A stretch of DNA of 32,000 nt. Origin: Candidatus Saccharimonadota bacterium (lineage in GTDB: Bacteria > Bacillota_I > Bacilli_A > Mycoplasmatales > Hepatoplasmataceae). The notes beneath the pieces are model-generated. The model was not told the origin of the DNA. It ran no database searches and saw nothing but the letters and a program-made list of their open reading frames with translations. The stretch is taken from positions 90,001 to 122,000 of the forward strand of contig AP027131.1 in assembly GCA_027925225.1 (NCBI GenBank), given 5' to 3'. Position 1 is the stretch's first letter; each line of letters starts with the position of its first letter. Positions 8,048-14,244 of this stretch are shown here, piece by piece. The translations under genes and the position numbers were made by a program.

Positions 8048-8420
8048 GTGAGACTTGGCGGTCTATGGGCAGCACCAATTATTTTTATATAGTTTAAGCA
8101 GAAAAAAATTATTTCTTTTTATGTTGTTTGTTGTATAATAGGGTATGTCAGGTATGGACAAGGCACTTAAAATATTAAACTGAATGCCTTTGAAGAATTT
8201 GTTTTGTCTGAAGCCTGATGTGAGAAGAGAAGGTATTCGTTAAGGTTTATATATTTTACTTTTATGCTAGTTTTATTTGTGTTTGAGTGTGTGTTTAATT
8301 ATATTTATTATTTCTAATAAAAAGGGAGGACGTAAGTTCTCTCTTTTCTTTTTAAATGAGAAAAAAATTAATATCAAATATATAATTTTATTGCTAGAGA
8401 ATCCGACCGCCAAGTCTCAC
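8048..8420. repeat. Pair of 16-bp perfect inverted repeats enclosing 341 bp
   Basis: GTGAGACTTGGCGGTC at 8048-8063 and its exact reverse complement GACCGCCAAGTCTCAC at 8405-8420. The right arm is followed by ATTTTTTG. Confidence 0.9.
8145..8353 (+). ncRNA. Candidate structured sRNA (alternatively a leaderless 32-codon sORF at 8145..8243)
   Basis: TATAAT at 8134-8139. Nested helices 8148-8152/8214-8218, 8156-8160/8205-8209 and 8161-8165/8185-8189 lie in a locally GC-rich patch. A terminator-like hairpin 8320-8347 is followed by CTTTTT. Confidence 0.3.
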
Positions 8421-8458
8421 ATTTTTTGTTTGCGTTAAAGGATTCTTTAGTCTTTTTT
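8394..8458 (+). terminator. Terminator- or attenuator-like hairpin in the cysS leader
   Basis: 11-bp stem 8394-8404/8440-8450 (one G-U) with a 35-nt loop that contains the right inverted-repeat arm. T6 follows at 8453-8458, 43 nt before the cysS ATG. Confidence 0.35.
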
Positions 8459-8500
8459 ATCTCTTTAATGTTAAAATTCTAATAATATTTTTATTTTATT

Positions 8501-9733
8501 ATGGAAATAATTGATACATTTAGTAATAAAAAAATTAAAATAAATCTGTCGCCAAATATATATCTTTGTGGTCCAACAGTTTACGATTATGTTCATATTG
8601 GTAATGTTAGACCTTTAATTATTTTTGATATTTTAAATAGAGTAATGTCTTTAAATGGTAATGTTACATATGTTCATAATTTAACTGATATTGATGATAA
8701 AATAATTGCTCAAGCACAAAAAGAAAACAAAAATGAATTAGATTTATCTTTTTTTTATGCAAAGGATTATTTAAATTTAATTGATAAATTAAATATTAAA
8801 AAACCTACCTATTTACCTAAAGTTTCTGAAAATATGAATGAGATCATTAAAGTAATTGATGAATTAATAAAAAAATCATTTGCATATGAAAAAGAAGACG
8901 GAATTTATTTTTCCATTAAAAAATGAGATAAATATTTTAAAATAAATAATTTTTCTGTAGATAAATTAAAAATTTCAGATTTATCAAGAGAAAAAAATTC
9001 ATTTGATTTTTCATTGTGAAAAATTACAAAAGATAATGGAATAAAATTTAAATCAAAATGAGGTGATGGACGTCCTGGTTGACATACTGAATGTGCAGCT
9101 TTAATAATGAAATATTTTAAAGGTAAAACTATTGATTTACATGGTGGAGGAGTAGATTTAAAGTTTCCTCATCATATTAATGAGTGGGCACAATTTAGTG
9201 CATTAACAGGGAGCGATATAACAAGAGCTTGAATGCATATTGGACATGTAAATTTTGATAATAAAAAAATGTCAAAATCATTGGGAAACACAATATATGT
9301 AAGAAATTTTTTAAAAAAATATTCAAGTAATGTTTTGAAATTTTTATTAATTAGTAGTTTTTATACTAAACCAGTAAATGTTAATGAAAACAGTATAAAA
9401 AATGCACAAATGCAGGTTGATAAAATAAGAAACTTATTATTTAAATTAGTCTATTTATATGATCTAAAGGAAAATAATTTTCTTATTAAAAAAGATGAAG
9501 AATTTCTAAAAATTATTAATAATAATCTTAATATTCCTAATAGTATTTCACTCTTAAATTTATATATAAAAAAAATTAATAAAAACTACGATAAGGAGAT
9601 TATTAAGAAATTTCTTTTCATTTTAAATATTTTTGGAATTTCCTATAATATTGATTTTAAATTACTAAATGAATTAAAGAACAAGAAAATGGAAACAGAT
9701 GATTTAAAAATTAGAGAGGTTATTAAAATTTAG
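8501..9733 (+). CDS. cysS: Cysteine--tRNA ligase, 410 aa
   Basis: Track ORFs 8501..8926 and 9233..9733 share one frame, and the middle part is joined through TGA codons. HIGH motif (VHIGN), WHTECAA zinc-site region, FPHHINE and KMSKS are present. Confidence 0.95.
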
Positions 9734-9735
9734 AG

Positions 9736-10440
9736 ATGTTTATTTATGGGAAAAATTCAATTGTTGATTTATTTAAAAAAGATAAAACTCAAATAATAGA
9801 AATTTATTTGGATAAAAAAAAATATGAAAAGTTTTATAACATTTTATTAGAAAATAATATAAAAACTTTTCCATATGAAAAAATAAAAATTAAGGAATTT
9901 GAAAAAAAAAATACTCAAAAAATAATTGCCAAAATAAAAGATATAAAATATTTAACTTTAAATGAAATTATTGAAAAAAATAAAGATAACAATAAATCAA
10001 TATTAATTATTTTAGATCAAATACAAGATACACGTAATTTTGGTTCAATTGTAAGGTCCGTTTCGGCTTTTGAAGGGAATGGAATAATTTTTTCAAAAAA
10101 TAATTCTGCTCCATTAAATGCTTCATCCATTAAATCTTCTTCTGGAACTTGAATGGATGTAGATTTTTGTGAAGTAAATTCCTTAAATTCAACAATTGAA
10201 ATTTTAAAGAAAAAGGGTTTTTGGATTTTTGCAGCAGATTCAAAAGCAAAAGATTCAATAGAACATTTTAAGAATTTTAATAAACCAATTGTTTTAATTT
10301 TGGGTTCAGAAGGATTTGGAATTAGAAAAACATTAAAAGAAAAGACTGATTTTTTAATCAAAATAAAGATTTCAAATAAAGTTGAATCGCTAAATGTTTC
10401 TGTAGCTGCTGCTCTTGCACTTTATATTCTAAAAAATTAA
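9736..10440 (+). CDS. rlmB: TrmH/SpoU-family rRNA 2'-O-methyltransferase (RlmB/YacO-like), 234 aa
   Basis: Track ORFs 9736.. and 10153.. share one frame and are joined by a TGA. SpoU motifs are present (DQIQDTRNFGSIVRS, LILGSEGFGI, ESLNVSVAAALALY). The position after cysS matches Bacillus. Confidence 0.85.
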
Positions 10441-10465
10441 GTATTTCTTTTTAGCTTTAAAATAG

Positions 10466-11035
10466 ATGCAAAAAGATGATTTGTATGCAAAACAAAAGGA
10501 TTTTATTAAAAGATTTCAAAATACCGGAGATATTAAAATTGTTTTTCAATTAATGGAAGATTATAAGGGGATGATTATTAAAATTTCTAAAACAATGCAA
10601 CAAAGATTTAGATCTTCTCCTCTTACATATGAAGATTATTTTCAATTTTTAATTTATAGATTTATAGAAAGAACAAAAAAGTATAATTTGGATTCACAAA
10701 TGAAATATCCAAATTATATTCAAACTTTTTTAATTATGGATATTACAAATTATGCAAGAAAATTTTTAACTCATTCTCATAGAATGATGAATTATTCTAG
10801 TCTTCAAAATTATGAAGATAGTACTTATTTTTTTGAAGAAAATTTGAAAATTACTTTTGATGACATTAATTATAATTCGCTAACGAATAAACAAAAAGAT
10901 CTCTTTTTAGAAATATTAAAAAATGAAGGGAGCGTAAAGAAAACTTCAAAAAAGTTGAAAATTCCTGAAAAAACAATATATAGACATAGAAAAGAAATTA
11001 TTAGAAAATTGAATAAGGATAATGGTGTTGATTAG
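10466..11035 (+). CDS. Sigma-70-family alternative sigma factor in the sigH position, 189 aa
   Basis: Region-2-like segment (TYEDYFQFLIYRFIERTKKY). C-terminal region-4 HTH (LTNKQKDLFLEILKNEGSVKKTSKKLKIPEKTIYRHRKEIIRKL). Located between rlmB and rpmG, as sigH is in Bacillus subtilis. Confidence 0.7.
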   Translation: MQKDDLYAKQKDFIKRFQNTGDIKIVFQLMEDYKGMIIKISKTMQQRFRSSPLTYEDYFQFLIYRFIERTKKYNLDSQMKYPNYIQTFLIMDITNYARKFLTHSHRMMNYSSLQNYEDSTYFFEENLKITFDDINYNSLTNKQKDLFLEILKNEGSVKKTSKKLKIPEKTIYRHRKEIIRKLNKDNGVD

Positions 11036-11082
11036 AAAACACCATTTATTTTATGCTTAATTTTTTGTATAATGTTTTTATA

Positions 11083-11238
11083 GTGAATAAGAAAAATAAA
11101 GTTACTATTGCGTGTGAAATTTGTTTTTCAAGAAATTATCTTAAGAACAAAACAGATTCTTTAAGCAATGAGAAGTTGGTATTAAAAAAATATTGTTCAA
11201 AGTGCAATGCTAATACAATTCATCATGAGGTTAAGTAA
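11083..11238 (+). CDS. rpmG: 50S ribosomal protein L33, 51 aa (GTG start preferred)
   Basis: (M)NKKNKVTIACEICFSRNYLKNKTDSLSNEKLVLKKYCSKCNANTIHHEVK has the two CxxC pairs and the normal L33 length. The track start at ATG 11053 would add a hydrophobic 10-aa extension not typical of L33. TATAAT lies at 11068-11073. Confidence 0.85.
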   Translation: MNKKNKVTIACEICFSRNYLKNKTDSLSNEKLVLKKYCSKCNANTIHHEVK

Positions 11239-11402
11239 TGAAATTTTTTGAGAGACTAAGAGTCGAGAGAAGAAAGGTTCGATGATCTAGTTTTTCTAAA
11301 ACAACAAAAGTTTTTTTCATAACTTTGCTTATGATTATAATACTTACATTAATTATTGTTTTATTTTCTTTTGCAGCAGAATCAATTTTAAATTTACTTT
11401 AA
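11238..11402 (+). CDS. secE: Preprotein translocase subunit SecE, 54 aa
   Basis: MKFFERLRVERRKVRWSSFSKTTKVFFITLLMIIILTLIIVLFSFAAESILNLL: basic N-terminus plus a single TM. The start overlaps the rpmG stop (TAATG). Absent from the track because it is short and contains a TGA. The position matches conserved synteny. Confidence 0.85.
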
Positions 11403-11422
11403 AATTAAAGAAGGGTTAATTA

Positions 11423-11998
11423 ATGAGCGAAGCTAAATGATATATTATTCAAGTTGTTTCTAACCATGAACAAAAGGTAAAAGAAGCATTGGAAAAAAGA
11501 GATTTTGAAGATTCCGGAATTGATGAAATAGAGGAAGTATATTTACCTTACACAATTTATCGTACAAAGACAGGAAAAACAAAAAGAAGATCTATGTTTC
11601 CTGGTTATCTTTATGTAAAAGTAAAAATGACTGATGATTCATGATATATAATAAGAAACACAGAATATGTTACTGGGATTGTTGGTTCTTCTGGTCAAAG
11701 AACAAAACCAACACCAATTCCTGAAGAACAAATAGAAAAAATTAAAAAAAGAGAATCAGAAGATTTACTTTCACAAGAAAATATAAAAACTATTTCAGGA
11801 AATGACAAAATTCTTACAGAAGTTGATTTTTCGGTTGGCGATTTTGTAGAAATCACAGAAGGTGAATTTGTTGGTAAAAAAGCAAAAGTTGAAGATATTT
11901 TAATATCAAAGCAAGTAGTTCTTTTAAAATTTGAAATGTTTGGAAGAGAACAGAAAATAGAAATTCCCATTCTTTATGTTAAAAAAAATGAAGTTTAG
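11423..11998 (+). CDS. nusG: Transcription termination/antitermination factor NusG, 191 aa
   Basis: MSEAKWYIIQVVSNHEQKV...MFPGYLYVKV...(KOW) FSVGDFVEITEGEFVGKKAKVEDI... Not in the track because of TGA codons. The antisense track ORF 11695..11970 is spurious. Confidence 0.92.
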
Positions 11999-12206
11999 TA
12001 AAAAAAATTTATTTTTTTATTAATGTTTATTTTATTTATAAAATTGTATGTTATCATAACTTTATGGTAATTTAATTGGGCTTGAGATAATAGCTGTCTT
12101 TTTTGACTTAATTTGCTATTGAAGTTATTATTAAATTTTTTATATATTTTTATGTTCTTAAGTGACATTTTTATTATCAAATGAAAATTATTGAAGTGTG
12201 AGCAGT

Positions 12207-12620
12207 ATGGCAAAAAAAATAACAAGAATCGCTAAATTACAGTTTCTTGCTGGGCAAGCAAAACCTGGTCCGGCACTTGCTGGGCTTGGTATAGATATGC
12301 CAAAATTTACTAAAGCTTTTAATGATGCTACAAAAGATAGAAATGGAGATATTGTCCCTGTTGTAATTACAGCATATGGTGATAGAAGTTTTGATTTTGT
12401 TTTAAAAACAACTCCAGTTTCAGCAATGATAAAAAAAGTTTTAAAAATAGAAAAAGGTGCTAAAAATTCTAAAAAAGAGGTTGTTGGTACTCTTTCTAAA
12501 ATACAATTAGAAGAAATTGCAAAACATAAACTTGTTGATCTTAATACTGATGATATAGATATGGCTATTTCAATGGTAAAAGGTACTTGCAAAAACATGG
12601 GTGTTAAATTTGAGGAGTAA
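12207..12620 (+). CDS. rplK: 50S ribosomal protein L11, 137 aa
   Basis: MAKKITRIAKLQFLAGQAKPGPALAGLGIDMPKFTKAFN... The ATG at 12207 gives the canonical N-terminus. The track's GTG at 12198 adds 3 residues. Confidence 0.95.
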   Translation: MAKKITRIAKLQFLAGQAKPGPALAGLGIDMPKFTKAFNDATKDRNGDIVPVVITAYGDRSFDFVLKTTPVSAMIKKVLKIEKGAKNSKKEVVGTLSKIQLEEIAKHKLVDLNTDDIDMAISMVKGTCKNMGVKFEE

Positions 12621-12629
12621 TCAATTAAA

Positions 12630-13319
12630 ATGGGAAAAAATTTAAAAGAAGCCTATAAGCAAATAAGTAAAGAAAAAGTTTATTCAATAAGAGATGGAAT
12701 TGATTTAATTAAGAAACTTTCATTTGAAAAGTTTAATTCATCTGTTGAAGTATCTTTTAATTTAAATTTAAATGCCAAGAAAGCAGATCAACAATTAAGA
12801 GGTTCTATTGTTTTACCTCACGGAAATGGTAAAATTGCAAAAGTTTTAGTTGTTGCTGAAAAAGACGATCAAGAAATCGCTAAAAAAGCAGGCGCTGATT
12901 TTTTTGGAGATGAAACAATTCTTAATAAAATTGAAAAAGAAAATTGATTTGATTTTGATTTTATTGTTACTACACCCAAATTTATGCCAAAATTTGCAAA
13001 ATTTGGTAAACTTCTTGGACCAAAAGGATTAATGCCTAATCCAAAACTTGGTACAGTTACAACAGATATTGAAAAAACTTTAAAAGATATCAAGCATGGC
13101 CAAATAGAATATAGAACAAATCAACAAGGGATTGTTAATCTTTCTATAGGGAAAAAATCATTTAAAACTGATATGCTTGTAGAAAATTACAAATTTGTTT
13201 TTAGTACAATAAAATCAAAAAAACCCGCATCATTAAAAGGTGATTTAATTAAAACAATTCACGTCTCAACAACAATGGGACCTGGAATTTTAATTGATAA
13301 GGATGGAGGTGTAAATTAA
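12630..13319 (+). CDS. rplA: 50S ribosomal protein L1, 229 aa
   Basis: Track ORFs 12630..12947 and 12984..13319 share one frame and are joined through a TGA (EKENW FDFDFIVTTPKFMPKFAKFGKLLGPKGLMPNPK). Confidence 0.95.
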
Positions 13320-13321
13320 TT

Positions 13322-13813
13322 GTGTTTTTAACTAGAGAAAAAAAAGTTCAACAAATAGAAGATATAAAAAATAAAATTAAAAAAGCAAATTCAATTATTG
13401 TTTGAGATTTTTTTGGAAATAATTCTAATTCTATTTCATATATAAAAAGCAATGTTGCTAAGTTAAATGCAGAAGATATTGTTTATAAAAATAGAATTGC
13501 AAAAATTGCTTTTGAAAGAAGTAATAAAAATGAAATTTTAGAGCATCTTACTGGACCATCAGCTTTTCTTTTTATTTACGATAAAGAAAATAAAGCTTTA
13601 AAAGTGTTAGATAAATACTTTAAAGAAAAAAAAGAATATGGTTATAAAGTGGGTTATATAGATGGCAAATTTTATCTTAAAGAAAGCATAAAAGAAATTG
13701 CATCACTTCCTTCAAAAAATGAATTACTTGCAATGTTTCTTTCAACATTACAAGGAACAATGAGAAATTTTGCATATCTTTTATCTCAAATTGAAAAAGA
13801 TAAAGACAAATAA
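13322..13813 (+). CDS. rplJ: 50S ribosomal protein L10, 163 aa (GTG start)
   Basis: The frame of track ORF 13604..13813 extends upstream through a TGA to GTG 13322, 2 nt after the rplA stop. Sequence: (M)FLTREKKVQQIEDIKNKIKKANSIIVWDFFG... Its position before rplL supports the call. Confidence 0.8.
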
Positions 13814-13840
13814 AAAAATAATTTAAAAAAGGAGTATGAC

Positions 13841-14197
13841 ATGAGTATCGATAAAAAAGAATTTATAAATCAACTAAAAGAAATGAAAGTTTCTGAGTTA
13901 AGTGAACTTATAAAAGCAATTGAAGAAGAGTTTGGAGTTAAAGCTGCAGCACCAGTAACAGCTAATGCAGCAGTTGTTGAAGAAGAATCTTCAGAAAAAA
14001 CAGTTGAATTAATTTCAGCAGGTGGAAATAAAATTGCTGTAATTAAATTAGTAAAAGAACTTTTAGGGCTTGGTTTAATGGAATCAAAACAATTTGCTGA
14101 AAAAGGTGGAATATTAAAAGAAAAAGTTTCACCAGAAGAAGCAGAAGAAGTTGCTAAAAAATTTACAGATGCTGGAGCTGAAGTTAAAATAAAATAA
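13841..14197 (+). CDS. rplL: 50S ribosomal protein L7/L12, 118 aa
   Basis: AGGAG lies upstream. Typical Ala-rich hinge and C-terminal domain (KIAVIKLVKELLGLGLMESKQFAEK...AGAEVKIK). Confidence 0.96.
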   Translation: MSIDKKEFINQLKEMKVSELSELIKAIEEEFGVKAAAPVTANAAVVEEESSEKTVELISAGGNKIAVIKLVKELLGLGLMESKQFAEKGGILKEKVSPEEAEEVAKKFTDAGAEVKIK

Positions 14198-14244
14198 AAA
14201 ATAACTATTTTTAAAGTAATCAAATTTATTAAAAAGGGAAATAT

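Noticed and set aside
8141-8166. Resemblance of GGGTATGTCAGGTATGGACAAGG to the 5' end of tmRNA (GGGG..N..GGAUUCGACNGGG). GTCAGGT...CAAGGCA also resembles part of SRP (4.5S) RNA domain IV.
   Set aside because: No tRNA-like T-arm (GGTTCGAnTCC) or matching 3' acceptor strand plus ACCA occurs downstream before cysS. There is no tag-peptide reading frame ending in a typical (Y)A(F/L)A-stop. The SRP hallmark GGAAGCAGC with a GNRA-capped helix is missing. Similarity is limited to about 20 nt.
7931-8500. T-box riboswitch or RNase P RNA upstream of cysS.
   Set aside because: I could not find the conserved T-box sequence (AGGGTGGNACCGCG-like), although a TGGA that could pair with the UCCA end of tRNA-Cys occurs at 8155-8158. 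The RNase P universal GAGGAAAGTCC motif is also absent. A Cys (TGC) specifier in a proper Stem I context could not be established by eye. A covariance-model search is still needed.
12198-12206. GTG 12198 as the rplK start (track) and ATG 11053 as the rpmG start.
   Set aside because: Canonical N-termini of L11 (MAKK...) and L33 (M-NKK..C..C) begin at ATG 12207 and GTG 11083 respectively. The longer forms add residues not seen in these families.
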